A stretch of 63,651 bases of DNA, filler included, from Hyphochytrium catenoides (GCA_900088475.1; 11 parts of 11 records of this genome joined end to end with filler, not necessarily neighbours in it); one strand, 5' to 3'; positions 23,853-37,512 are shown, counted from the whole stretch's first letter. Notes: generated from the letters alone by a model not told the origin. Numbers and translations: made by a program.

Positions 23853-26800
23853 ATGCTGAGCCCTCATAGTAGGCGGCGGCTAACCCTAGAAGAAGTTATT
23901 GCCTATGGTAAGTCTTTCCCGTTATCCCGATCTCTGCTGCCTGTTCAGAGGGCTGACCATTGTTGATGATTATATCCGCCCTCACAGAGTTCATTCGAGG
24001 AAAGAAGAAGCTCACGATCGGATGCACAGAGTATCATGTGAGGGAGCTCATAGACGGCATTCGGCGGACCAAAGGCCGGAACCTGGTCTACAGAATCATA
24101 GAAGCGCTAGAAGAAGACGAAGAGGCGGAGAATTGCAGTTTCAGTGACGAAGAAGAGTCCAAAGTCCTAAAGATCTTCCTGCCAGAAGACATCCAAGCAG
24201 CGGAGCGGGAATTCAAGGCGCTAAGCGATCTTGAGAGTGCCGCTTTCGTGGGCTCTCGTCGCTCCGTGGTGCCATCGTTAGGTCGCAGCGAGATTGTGAA
24301 GTTAGCCTTCGGTCCCAGCCATGACTTCCAGTGCCTGGGATTGGTCTTGGAGGCCGGTTATCGACCGGTCTCTGAGATCATTCGAGGGTTTAGAGAAAGC
24401 ACAGAAGGACCAGTTCTGAGAATGAACCTCCGTGCGACTGCTCTTCAGATTGCTGAGGCGCTAGCAGGGCTACATGCCTGCGGCTACGTCCACGCGGACC
24501 TGAAACCCGAAAATGTGGTGAACTTTAGCTCGACTGGCTCGTTGCTCAAGCTCATTGACTTGGAGGCATGCCAGCGCGTCGGACTGCCACTGACCGGACA
24601 GTATACTCTTCCTTACTGTCCTCCAGAGATGGTTACTAGATCCTTGAGCTCTTCTGATGGGACAGTCTTTGCTGATACAAGCTATGACATCTGGTGCTTT
24701 GGCGTCCTGCTCCTCAAAATGTTCTGCGGAGAGCACTTTCCTCTAGAATTCTCAGGTCTGAGCGCCTCTCAGATGGTCCAGAAGCTTGCTAGCGATGGGT
24801 TTGCCTTCGAAGAGAGTCTAAAGCACATTGAAGTTCATAGAAGGAACCTGCGCCATCTCATCCGCCAGTGTCTGAGAAGAAACCCAGAAGAGCGCGTCAC
24901 TGCGGAGCAGATCCTCCAACACCCTTTCTTTGCTGACAACCCAACCAGGGCAGCTTTCCCCGCTAGTCTGGGCGGGATCGCCTCTCTCGTCGCGGAATGG
25001 GTGAGTGGGCCCACACCGGAGGTGAAGAACGAGGCAGCGCGAATGGTGTGCCTACTTAGCGTCCACCAAGAGAATGAGGCGCGCACACGGCGAGCATTGG
25101 TGGAGCTTCTTATTGAGACAGAGAGCCCAGAGACGAAGAAGAACGCAGCCAATGCTCTCCGCGCCTTCTCGTCATCTGGTGTTGTTGCAGCTCTAAGGAG
25201 GAAAGAGGTAGAGCTGGCGATTGAACTGCTGGAGAGCTTCAGATATGTCCCCGATCAAGAGAGTCAGTATGCAGAGAAGAAGAAGCTCTTCCACCGTTCG
25301 AACAGCGGCAATAACCAGCAATGGGATAGAGTGGTGGCTGAGGCGGGCAGTCCAGAGCAGCCTGCCCCAGCAGTAACTCTTAGCAGATCCTCAGCCAAGA
25401 GGCATCGGAGGCGACAGTCGGTCTCCTGCATCCCTCTACGAGAACTTAGAGTTGTCGTTGAAGCTGAGAGTCGACCTCGCCGCCATCCCGAGGTTGGCAG
25501 CAAAGAGAACAAGGTTGGAGGAGGCGGAAGTCCCAGCCAGAGCTTCCTGCCTGAGAGACGGCGGCGGCTGGATAATGCCCTGACGGAGCCCGCACATGGA
25601 CCAGGAAGAGATTCTCCAATGGCCATGAGTGCTTCAAGAATGCGCGCNNNNNNNNNNNNNNNNNNNNNNNNNNNNNNNNNNNNNNNNNNNNNNNNTCAGC
25701 AGTCTTCAGAGCAATGATCTGGAGGCCGTCCTCCGTATTCTGATTCACGGCAGCAAGAGCGGAAGAATGGACTATTTGCAGTCTCTCTCTGAGAATCCTG
25801 AAGAGCGAAGGAGGTTGCTAGATGCCGGTGCTCTGCGGATCCTTGTACGCTATCTAAACCCTGAGGCTGAGCAGAAAAAGACGGCTAATGCCGTACGCGT
25901 TCTCTGGTATCTGGCGACCGACCAGTCAGCCCGAAAGAAGATCCAGGAGGCTGGCGCAATCCCCAAACTTGTGGGCGTACTCTCCTATGGCTCCGACACA
26001 GCAAAGCAATACGCAGCTTGCGCTCTGTGGTCTCTTTCTACTTCAGAACGCGCCATTCAGGTCGATATCGCTAATGTTGGAGGCATTCCCCTCCTGACAC
26101 AGTTGCTGCGTGACGGCACCGATATTGCCAAGGACAGAGCAGTGGCGGCTCTCGCCAACATTGCCATGGCGAATGAAGCTCGGCAGGCAATTGTGACAGA
26201 AAATGTTCTCTCGCCTCTCATTGCCCTTCTCTGCCAACATAACCGGAGATTCACCCACCTCAAGGAAGCCTCTGCGACACTGGCCTCATGTCTGCCTAGC
26301 GAAGAAGATGGGACCTTTATCCGAAATCAGGCAGCGAAGCAAGAAGAAGGATCCTTCAACGTGACCAACAGAGACATTGAAAAGCTCATTGATCGGCTTG
26401 TGAGTGGAACAGCTACAGCGCAGGAGGAGGTGGCGCTATCCTTATGGGCCCTGGCAACGCAATCAGAGGAGATCCAGCGGATGGTGGTTCTTTCTGATGG
26501 GATCTGGGCGCTGATAACTTCCCTTCGTGACCGTTCCGTCGTAAAGAAGGATGCTGCCGCGTCTCTCCTTGTCCTTCTGGCCACCTGTACGAGCCGTGAC
26601 GCTGTCAGCAAGGCCGGAGGGATAGCGTTGGCAGTGGACTTAATGCGTGACTCGGCTGTTACTTTCATGGTGCATGAGAGCGCAGTGGCTCTTCTCCGAC
26701 GGTTGGCAGAGCCTGAAGTGGAGGGAGATGAGGCAGTCAATGACCTGCTGCGGCGCCAAAGAATCACGGAAGTCGGGGGCGTCTGGCCTCTTGTGGACCT

Positions 26801-28493
26801 AGCCACGCATGGGACAGCTGTTGCTCGCCAACATGCGGCTGCAGTGCTCTTTTATCTCTGCCAGTCGGAGGCTTTCCTTCTTGACATTGTGCTGGCTGGA
26901 GCCATTGGCCCTTTAGTCCGGCTTTTGTCAGACGAGCATTCTATGGAGTTTGCTGCTGGGGCTCTCTGCCGCCTGGTTAGTGTCAATGACTCTTCGAGGT
27001 CAGCTGTAGCTGACGCCGTCCCACATTTCTTTGAGGTCCTCTGCTCTTCCAAGGCGTCCCCCAAGGCCAAAGAGTCAGCTGTTATGACGATTGCAAGCGT
27101 AGCCTCTGTCTACTACGAGCGAACAATAGAAGTGGCGCATTTGGGTGGTGTGCAAGCGTTAGTGCCCGTGGTGAGAGATGGGATTGCTCTGGAGCCTGCG
27201 ACCTTGATCCTCCTTCTTCTAACACGGCTCGAGGCCAATCAGGAAAAATTTATCTCAGCTGGAGGTCTAGCTGCTCTGCGCGATGCACTGATTAGCGATC
27301 ATGAGTGGTCGGATGACCGAGAGCGAAAGAAGTTTGAGGAGAATGCGGTGAAGATTGTATGGAACTTTGCTATCTGCAATGAGTATCGGACGGAGATCTG
27401 TAGAGCCAACCTCCTACCACCGCTGGCCAGACTTCTTATAGATGGAGAGCCAGACGTCTATCTCGACTATCTAGTTGAGTCCCTCTTAGGAGCCGTTAAT
27501 GGCGACATACAGAGGCTTAAGCACCTTCTGAAAACTGCGGAGGATCCATCCTATCCAGAGAAGGTGGAGCTGCTTCTGCGGCATTATAGGAAGAGCAAAA
27601 GCAGCCAGAAAAAGCGTGCAACGCCGGGGAAGAAGAAGAAGAGGGAGGCGAGGCGTTTGGCAATGGAGCCAAGTCCTGAGGAAGAACCCCTAAGTGATGC
27701 TGCTACGCCCTCTCCGGAGGTAGACAACGAGGAATTGACAAGGCTTAAGCCTCCACGCAATCGCCGTTCTACCTCTGGGTCCATCCGGAAAGCGGCAGCT
27801 GCGGCATCTTTAGAGCTACGTCTTGAGTACGACTGGAGCCGGCGAAAGGTATATAGGACCCGATCAGCCAGCAATGGAATGCACTCGGTGGCTTGTAAGG
27901 GCTGCGGCATGACACCCATCCGTGGGAGACGGTACTCTTGTCTTGAGTGCGAGGCGTTTGACTTCTGTGAGGCCTGCAGAATGACCAAGGCACACACCCG
28001 CACTCACAGGTTCGAGGAGATCGTTGCTGGCGGCGATGTTGGGCTCACTCCTGCGAGAGAGACGACTACTGGCAGTGATCTGAGCACCCCAGCGCTTTCT
28101 CCCTATGAACCAGAGAATGAGGAGGATCTGCACGCTTTGGTGCGCAGCTACACGAGGATGGTACACACAATGTGCCACACTGAGGACGAGATGTCCGTAG
28201 CGTCAGAGGGCGTTGAAGAGTGCGTACAAAACTGGCTGGCGATGCTTGGCAATCCTCATGCAACTGTTGACCAGATGCAGGATGCTGTAACATCCTTGAC
28301 GCTCCTGATTGTTGAGTATGCTGAGAGGCAACGCCGACTGGACATGGAAAATGAGATTGCGTCCGCATTTGACAGAATCATTGGCAATCGTAGGCTGCCA
28401 CGCTTTATGCGAGACTCTGCGCGGGTAGCGCTAACGACTCTTAGGCCCAAGCCGAAGAAGAAGAGCGTGTGGTCCCGTCTGTGGTCTTCTTAA
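23853..28493 (+). CDS. Protein kinase - armadillo repeats - ZZ zinc finger protein (probably one gene spanning the 48-N gap at 25648-25695)
   Basis: Exon 23853-23907, intron 23908-23987. Kinase motifs are VLKIF, AEREF, HADLKPEN, KLIDLE, PYCPPE and DIWCFG. ARM repeats include AGAIPKLVGVL, GGIPLLTQLL and GAIGPLVRLL. The ZZ finger is HSVACKGCGMTPIRGRRYSCLECEAFDFCEAC...HTRTHRF. An ARM-like segment already begins before the gap. Confidence 0.8.
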
Positions 28494-31400
28494 TGGTCTT
28501 CTGTGTATGTCCTTTGTATTATTATCATATTGTCTGGATAGAGCTAAAGTGGTTGTTTGAGCCGTTGTTGCTGTGCCTTTCTTAGACAGCGACCTGGCTC
28601 TGAAAATGTAACTTATAATTTATGCTGGTTATCTAAGGATCCTCCGCTTATCTTCGCTACTCTCTCTTCCAGAGGTGACATCCTTGCTCTCAATAGCAGC
28701 CATCCCATTTGCTCTTCTGTGCTTTGCCTGGAGGTGGTGAAACGCGCAATGGCCGTTCTTCTTGATTATACCTTCTTTTCATCGTTGAGGTCAGAGAGCT
28801 GTTTGATGACCTAACGACATCGTTCATCGATCAAAGTAGCGGTCCCTAAGGGCTGCCCTTCTTCTTTTTCTCCTCTATCTTACTGAGTGCCTTTTTTTTC
28901 CTTTTTCCGTTCCTCGACTGAAGATGAGGATCAAACAATCGGTTGCGTCGTTCATTGTCTTGTTCCTGCTTCTGCGTAGCGCTCACAAGCATTATCGAGG
29001 CTTCTCTTGCCATTCTCGCTCTCCTTAGAGAGATTGGGACGTGGTGCCCTGACTGTAGTAAGGATGGTGTTACCTATGATGGCGGCCAAAGCGATGCTCT
29101 GTTCATACCTGTTCTACGGCACAGCAAGCAGACTGATTAGCTGTGACAGCACCAGCTAGCTGAGAGCTATCCAAGTGCTCATATTGGGAGAGCACATTCC
29201 CGTCGATCAGCAGACCTCTTGGCGGCCGCCACTAGTCTTTCCTCCACGAGCGGCCTTCCCTTAGAACCAAACATCCAGTAGAAGCAGCAAGGAGGGTGGT
29301 GATGGCTCTCATGCCACCACAGATTTCTTAATCACTGGCGGGATATCGTAGCAATTCTGGCTTTCGGACGTCAGGTCCATCAAAGTGAGCGGGCAGCCTC
29401 TCACTCGAGCTGTTCAAAAAAGCTAAGCTGACCAGAGGTGGTAAGGAGGCAGCACTAACATTGAAGACTGTAAGAGTGGGTTCGGCCCTTCCAATACCGC
29501 TTATCCTTAAGTTAGTACGACGAATGGCGCGACGAGTGGATGGGAGACGTGTTATGTTCTCTGTAGGAGGCTGGGTAGAAGTAGGTATCGGTGACGGTTT
29601 GGCTCACTATGGCAGTCAATTCTCTTACTGAAGAATGGAGGAAGCCGTCGAGGTGATAAAGGCGCTGATAACTTATAGTGGCCAGCGCAGAAGAAGGACG
29701 AAAGGACAGTGATACCCTACTATGAGTGCGCTATAGAAGTGCCACCAAGCAGTAAGGTCACGGAGAAGTCCTTCACTTCTTCGGCTGCTGCCTTAACGTC
29801 ACTAGAAAATGAGGGCTCTCTGTGACTGCAGGAAGCTCTTCATCACGACCTTGTTAAATAATAGCTGAGGGCAGTGCAGTCCTCCTAACAAGTGTGAGGA
29901 TGGGAAAGGTTCTAGAACTGGGACGACGGGTTCCCTCTTTAGCAGACCCCATCCAATCTTCATAATGGCGTGAGTCTGCGCGCTCTGTCCTCCAGCGGGC
30001 ATCCTCCTCCCTTAAGCATCCTCCTCCCTTGGCCTCCTGCTGTTGATTCGTCGTCTCGTCCTCCGGTTTCCTCTTCTACTCTCCCTCATGAGGCCGAAGA
30101 GCAAACACAAGCCCGCTGAACGGGCGCCATTGTGGTCAGATGCACTAGAGAATCACGCAGCCTCGGCAGTGTCCTGAAGAAAGAGAAAAAATATTAAGGA
30201 AAGAGGAAACGTATTGTCAGCAGCAAGCAACCAACAACGAAGAAGCGGCGGGTGGTGGTTGTTCCAAATGCTTGTCATTTCTCATCTCGAGTTGATCTTG
30301 CATGTGAGGTCGGTTGTCCAGCGTGATGACCTGAGGACAGAGAGGAGCATACAGCTGCTGCTTGAAGCGCGGTGCACTACTACGAAGATTTTGCTGGTAC
30401 GAGTAGTAGCGAGAAGAAGAACATCCTCCAATCTCCTAATCTCCCTGGTGTCCTCCTCTAAAGGCCTTTACCAAGAGGCTTCTTCAAGCAACGCCCTACT
30501 CTCTCTCTTGTCCTTGAGCCTTGAGTCCTCATGTCATAAGGCCTAACCTCCCACCTATGGATAAACCCGTGCCGTCGTCCTGCAGGACAGTTGAAGAAGA
30601 AGGGAACAGACTCCATAGCACTTTCTGTCGTGTTATTTTGGTCAACTGCCAGCGGTAAGAAAGGGGAAGAGGTCGCCACAATGGAGTTCAGCATCCCCTA
30701 ATTATAACACGGGGATAGGAACCCAGGTCCACAGTAGAACTACCAAGCCAAGTACAGTCCCACCCATCAGAAAGCTCATACATTTATTCAGTAGGAGTGT
30801 TCGGGAGGCCTAAAAAAACACCCTTTATAAGACAGCCTTTTGTTTCTGTATCATCAATCTGCACTCATTGTGGCAGCGGCGGCGGCGGCTGACGCCATCC
30901 TCTGGTAATCTAAGAAAGCCGGAGGACGAGACGACGAAGCACAAGAACGATGGCCCAGTGCTGAACAATATTTGGTACATCTTCTGTGCTTCCAAGCAAG
31001 GTGGCTGTCTGTCTACTTACTGACGCCGCAATGCTGCATGCTGCCTCCGTGGTCAGCAGGGTGAGTGTAGTGTGAGTAGTGTGGGCGTGAGTGCTAGAAC
31101 GATCACGGTCTCTCCTGCTGCTTCTTTGATGGACAAGCGCTCCCCTCCTTTCTCAAGTTTGGATGTCTGTCGCTATCTGGGAAAGCCAGAGCTTCAAAAT
31201 TTCTTTTGTTAGAGCTTCACTCCTCCAATCTTCACAAGATCCGTCTACCTGTACCACGCATAGCACGACAGTCACTACTAGTAGTCATTAGTAGTAGTTG
31301 CCTAGTACCGCCCTGCCACATTACTAGCGTCCTTCTCCCTACTACTAGGAGGGCCTCTCTCATGAGTTATTCTTCCCGCTACTATCTAAGAAAGCCAGAG

Positions 31401-32464
31401 ACCGGAGTTGGGTTGAAGATTATAAGCTTATCTTAGACATAAGTAGTGGGAATCTCGTTCATCATAGGTAGCTGCATGCTTTGATAACAGTCCTCTGCTG
31501 CTGCCAGACCCTCAACTTCGACACTTATGAAGCAATCGAGCTCTCTCCGATTATTCGACGAGCCATCATCATGTTAGAAGAAGAGCCAAAGTGCCAGTAG
31601 TAGTGTGGGTTGCAGCCTCCTTAACGCGAGTTGGTCCCTGTCAGCTCGTTCTGCTACGGAGTATAAAGTTTTTCCCAAAGGGTGACTTGAGTCTTCCCAG
31701 GAGGAGAGAGGGTAGACGATCTCTTTAATGTATGTGAGAAAGGTGTCTCCCTGTGATAAGAAATAAGAAACAGCGGCAGGAAGCAAATTTTGCTTACGAG
31801 AAGAGCAGGTCAGTTTGGCGATGGCGTAGTTGGTGGCGATTGAATGGAAAGAGTAGACGAATAAACGTAAAACGCTTGTGCTTCGCCTGGTACCTTGTTG
31901 GGCCTCTTCATTACTTGGTCCCCCGTGTGCCACAAGAAGCTTTCTTGAGAACATGGCGACAGAACCGCAACAGATGTTCCAATGCAGCCATCAGTCCGTG
32001 CTCTTACTTACGTTATGACTGACTACTAATAGTTTGTTCTTTGGTTCTCCCACCGTCCTATGCTGCTGCGTATCACTGAGGAGAAGAAGGCAGCGTGGAA
32101 GAACGACGACAAGAAAGAGAAGGTACACTAGCGATCGGAGGGTTGATGCTTCATAGTCGGAGAGGGAGAAGATGCGGAAGGCAGAAAGTATTAAGACAGG
32201 AAGATCGGAGCAGAGATAGCAAAAAGGATCCGTAGCAATGGAAGTCTGAAGAGGAGGCGGCATGTCCTTTGCTCGATGCCATCAGTCATGCTCATTTAAC
32301 AATATTCAGAGTAAGGAGCACAAGGAAGTCTAACACGAAGAAGTAAATAGTCCCGTTCTGGGCGGCCTCAATAAGCTTCGCAGCTTCCTTGCACAAAAGT
32401 ATGTCTTTCCTATGGCCGGTAAAGTGCGAAAAGCTTCNNNNNNNNNNNNNNNNNNNNNNNNNNN

Positions 32465-33560
32465 AATTGAGAGGACTATCGTCATCATACGTCATGGGCA
32501 ATATGATTGGAGTGACGCTCCGGAGGATGAAGAGGGACACCTGACAGAAATAGGTCGGAGACAGGCTGAGGTCGTAGCCCAGAGACTCATAGGTCTGGGC
32601 TTTCACTTCCGCTCCATCTACTCTTCAGATCTAGCGAGAGCGAAAGAAACTACGGCGATAATTCGTCAGGTGGCATTAGACCCTCAGTGCCCGTATCACA
32701 TTGACCCAGCACTGCGTGAAACCATGCCAGCGATCCCTATCCCACCATTGCCAGGCTATGAAGTAGATATAAGGGAGGTCTTCACTTCAGCAGCGCTAGC
32801 AGAACATGCTTTCCGAGCCTACTTCTATAGGGCTGGGAAGGAAGAGGAGGACTATCTGGAAAAGGATCGCCTGGCTCAGGACAGTGATGGCAGTTCACAG
32901 CCAACAGTGGCGACTCCAGAGTCGTCTTCTGGCACGTTAACGATCCACCAGGATAGAGACGAAAAGGTTTCTCATAAGAGCAGAGATTTAGACGATATCA
33001 GCACACAAAAGAACGCTGCAGGTGTGCTCGGGATGAATGGCAATGATTCGGCGCTCCAGAGTCACGACCAGGCCGAGTGTGGAACATCCTCCGGAAGCAC
33101 GGGACCACCTGCGGAGAAACCGCGGGAAGTTTGTGATCTAATTGTCTGCCACGGGAATCTGATCCGCTATTTCTTCTGCCGAGCTCTACAGTTTCCTCCT
33201 GAAGCTTGGCTCAGAGTCTCTGTCCACCAATGCAGCATCTCCATGTTCAAGATCTCTGGCGATGGAAGAGTAAGGGCTTTGCAGCTCTCGGATATAGGTA
33301 AAAAAAGAGAAGGTCTCCCACCACCACCGACCCTCTAACCAGTTCCCCTAAATGTCTTTATCTTCGTCGTCGTCCTCCTCCTCCCACGGACTCTTAGAAT
33401 CCTCCTACCTCGCTCGCTATTACTTTCCTGCATCTCTAGTGCCACTTTGCCCTCGTTCTCTTCTCGGTTTATTGTCTCCGTTCTTCTTGTCATGGGAAGA
33501 TATTCTTACTCTATACAAATGGCAGGGCATCTTTCTGGAGATTTATTAACTTGGAGCTGA
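32465..33560 (+). CDS. PGAM5: PGAM5-like histidine-phosphatase-superfamily protein phosphatase (5' end in gap)
   Basis: Motifs are IIRHGQY, LTEIGRRQA, SSDLARAKET and DLIVCHGNLIRYFFCRALQFPPEAWLR. An intron follows DIG, and the last exon reads HLSGDLLTWS*. Confidence 0.88.
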
Positions 33561-33910
33561 TATGAAAAGCCGCTTTTCTGACGGCAAATGTCAGGGGCGG
33601 AGAAGCCGCCAAGTGCCAAAAGTTTCAAGGACTCGGCTAGCATTTTACCTTCTTGGTGCTAAGGAGTCGGCACATCAGCCACTGCAGTCTACGTTGGGTC
33701 AGCCGCGTCAATGGCCATCATTTGATGATAACACACAGGTGCTGGGTCACGACGTACTCTCGTCTGAACAGGAGGTAAAGCGGCTGAGAGCATCAGAGTA
33801 AGGAGTAAGAGTACTTTTGCCAGCATCGTTGATGATAATGAGAATATAAAGAAATCTATCAGCATAGTAGCTCATCCTGGCGGCGCACACTTATTCGGAA
33901 ACGTGAGTTG

Positions 33911-34825
33911 TTACTCCGCTGTAGCGGTGGATCGATTAAATGTGCGCAAGTCCTTACTTCTAATCTTCACACTCACACTCACCCCGCTCTGGTCGTCAAG
34001 CCTCTTGATATCCACCACGCTCACACGACTCCTGATGACGACGAAGTCGTTGGGATCTTTGAAAGCAAGGTAGGTGGTCCGAAGTATCATCATAGATAGG
34101 GTGAAGGCGCGATTAAGGAAAACTCCACCAAAGATAAGGTCAAGCGATAGGGATTTCCAGTGCGTCCATCGGCTTTTCCTGGCTGTTCCTCTTCCTTTTC
34201 AAGACTACCATTCAATAGGTCCGGTCGGTAGAAGCAGAGATGTGGTGATGCTCGCAAATAGATGATTCCTGTTAGCGACACGAAGAAGAGACTCCATATT
34301 ACTAAGGTCTTCCTCATCTTCTTCCTCGTGGTGCCTGTATAGCTTTCGTACAATAGGCAGACTTGAATGAGGACCAAGAAGGCGCTTACAGCCCACAGCC
34401 AACCCCACAAGTTTGCTGCGAGAGCGAGCTAAGAGCGTCATTTCCACAATATAGACTAGAGCTTCAAACGTCGATAACGAGATCACTAGGAGGCGTCTGT
34501 TCCAAAGTGCAGACTGCCGCAATGCGGTCACGATTGAGCAGAGAAGGACAGCCACTGTCAGAAGATTCCTTTGAGGCTCGGACAGCGGGAGGAGAAGGCA
34601 GCAGTAACCTAGCAAGATTGACAGAAGAAATATGCCTAGCGCTAGAGTTGCCGTGAGATGCCACGACCGCCACCACCACAAGAAAAACCTTCTCACAAAG
34701 AGGTTCTCCATGACCCTCAAGTCAACCTCTGCGTCGGTAAGGTCTGTATAAGAATGAACAGCTACCAGTGCCCGTTTCTTCTTCCTAGGCACCGCCGACC
34801 GACTAGCGGGGGGATTCTCCTGCAT
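33911..34825 (-). pseudogene. Frameshifted multi-pass membrane protein
   Basis: Three overlapping minus-strand ORFs in different frames carry successive hydrophobic helices (LALGIFLLSILLGY, LLVISLSTFEALVYI, WLWAVSAFLVLIQV, TLVIWSLFFVSL, LRTTYLAFKDPNDFVVIRSRV). No splice sites were seen that explain the shifts. Confidence 0.45.
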
Positions 34826-37512
34826 AAGGTGTAAGGAACAACCAGGTGCTTGCTGGACTCCAATGGACTGAATGTCTTCTCCTCTAACTAGGCCCGCCGA
34901 TTTATTGTGATCCGAATCCGCATCCTTAATGACTGCAATTCCTTCGAAGGTAGAGATCTCGAGCCGCGTATTGCTACGTTCTGGAGCGCAAGATTGTATA
35001 AATCGGTCAATATACGCTCTCGTCTCTTGAAGAGTTGTAAGTGTCCGCTGATCCCGGGGGAGCGTTCGCCCCTGTAGTTAGGAGACGAGAGATTGACATA
35101 GACAATCTATCTTATTATCAGAAGAGGTTTTTTGAACCGAGAAGTAGAAAGGATCATGGCAGGCGAGATTGCGAGTCTTGTCGATGAAGTCTTCTGTGTC
35201 ATTTGCTTTGCTAGCGATAAATGAATCGCGCTACGAGGACGCGGGCGCCAAGCGACAGATGTTTAGGAAAAGTACGACTCATCAATCCAAGGAAAGGGTT
35301 CTGACAATCTTGACTATGTTGTGGCTAGTCGCGGCGCAGCGGCGGCGCAGCAGCAGCGAGCCCTGCTCTTCTTCTCTTGGCAGGGTAAAGGGCCGGGCAC
35401 TGACTCTTGGCATTGATGTGATGCACTTGGGTCCCAAAGACGGAGAAGCGGGTGAAAGAAAAAAGTCTTTTGATCAGAGGTAGAACCCTTCTGTAACGGC
35501 CCTGCCAATCTTGTCCCATCATGTTATTCAGGTGCCTCTCTCCTCCAGCTTTTCGTTTCTTTCGTTTCATCATAACCTGCCTCCCTGGACACCATCCTCC
35601 ATAATAAAAACACTGGTGTTCCGTTCGCTAAAACCGTTTGGGTAGAAGCGATAGTTCTAGTAGCAACACCGGGTCACCAGGATCATGATGATGAGGCGCA
35701 AGTCAGTATCCAGCAGCAGAGGCGTACAAGGAAGAGAAGAGATGACGATCATCAGCACGACGACGCGTGACCACGATGAAGACTCAAACAAGAAGACCAA
35801 CATAGAGCAACCACTCGTTTATGGACAACGAAGATCAGCAATGAGGGGAACAGTCTTTGCTGAGCTGGAGGCCATTCCAGCACGTGAGAACGTCACAGGG
35901 CCTACTACTTGCTGCTCTGCAAACAGCTCGAGTATTAATAACATTCCGTAACGAAAGAAGTGCATATCTAGTCTATTAGTGCTGGGCTAGCTGTTGTTCT
36001 TCTTGGATTCTGCGCTCCGACAACAGTGTTAGTCATCTCAGATATTCCACAAAGCAAACAGGCCCTGACGCCTCTCCTCCTCCACGGAACTATGTGCTTT
36101 GAAAAAGAAGATGGGGGCTTGCTCCCCAAGCGTCAGCGTCTGCATCCACGAAACGCAACGTAGGTCCTTCATGTCGATAATATAGCTAACGGAAGAGTGC
36201 TGGTCTAGCCACCGCGCGGCCTCGAAGCCGGGAAAATGGCATGCACTTGTTGAACTTAGAAAGGCTGCAGGTTGTGCCAGCATGCAGCAGGAAGAAGGGA
36301 TCGTGTAGAAATAAGGATCGATACACTTACCCGTCGCCTCTTCCGTCCAGTACTTTTTCTGTCTACCGCTTTGTCTGAGCGACTCCCCTCCTCATCATTG
36401 GGTATAATCTATCTCATGAGTGATTTCCTGGTGTCTGCTTGTTGATCTTTCCACGTCCCCATACTTGGTCTCCTGTCTCGTCTTGTACTTCTCTCTACTC
36501 AGTGGGTTCCGTTGTTGCCCTATATATGACCCCTTGACACCTTGCTAAGAGTCACTTAAAGCTCCTTCTCCCCGTTCACTTATTTCTAGGGCGAGGTACT
36601 ATTATCGCATCTTCGATTATCGTTCAAGGCGATCCTTCCGTTTTAACGGCCTAAGAACCTAAGAATAAGTGAATAGCGTGCTGGTCAACAAGAGCCAGAT
36701 GGTTAGGATCAAGCCAACTCAGCTTTACTTGTATCTGCTTTCCGTCAGTTCTGCTACCTACTAAAGGTAAGTTCCCTGTGATCTTCGACCCCTAGCCCCT
36801 AGTGCTTGCCGGCTTTTGTGTCCCCTGGCTTTTCCTGCTTGGCGTCTATCCCTACACGCAGTCTTCCTTCTCTCACAGCATCTTTTGTACTCTTGCTTCC
36901 TGCAACTAGTGAGTATATCCGCATTACTCTTTCCACTGCTCATTTTGGACGAAGATCTTGTTGCGTCAAGCTTTGCTCTCCTCCCATGTATCCTCCCCTC
37001 ATGATGATTCCAGCGAGCAGCGCATGATTACATCCATCACCGTGCAGTTGCCATGACTACTAACCGTTCTGCTTGCTTTCCTGATTACTCTCCCTTGTTT
37101 ATTGCTTAGGTGTGTTTCGAGAAGTGAGCGCTGCCAGCGCCTCTTTTGTGTCTGTTTCTGCGGCTGACGAGCTCGTTCCCCAGTTCGTGCTGCGAGGATG
37201 AGGAGATGTACCGCATATGGGGTGATGGGCATGGCCAGCGGCTAGGCAAGACTGTCGTCTCCCTACCCTGTCTCAAAGGAGAGTTGAAGAAGTGTTGCTT
37301 GATCTACTCCTCCTCATAAATGCTTTTCTCGTATCACTTACTTTTAGTTTTAGGACTGGCTATCACTACTACTCTTTCAGAAGAAGGGGAAGAAGAGAAA
37401 AACGGGAGGAGAAGAAGAAGATGAAGACAAAGAACAAAGAAGAAGAGGACGAAGGAGAGACAGGAAAGGCTATACAGGCTTGGTCTTCTGATCGGCTCGA
37501 TCTGCCTCACAA

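Noticed and set aside
25888-28450. Antisense and alternate-frame ORFs over the kinase-ARM, GT2, HAD and bZIP genes
   Set aside because: These are shadow ORFs of real coding sequence.
36570-37270. Possible decayed gag zinc knuckle (GHKSRQ)
   Set aside because: The Cys spacing is not preserved, and the region is too degraded to support a call.
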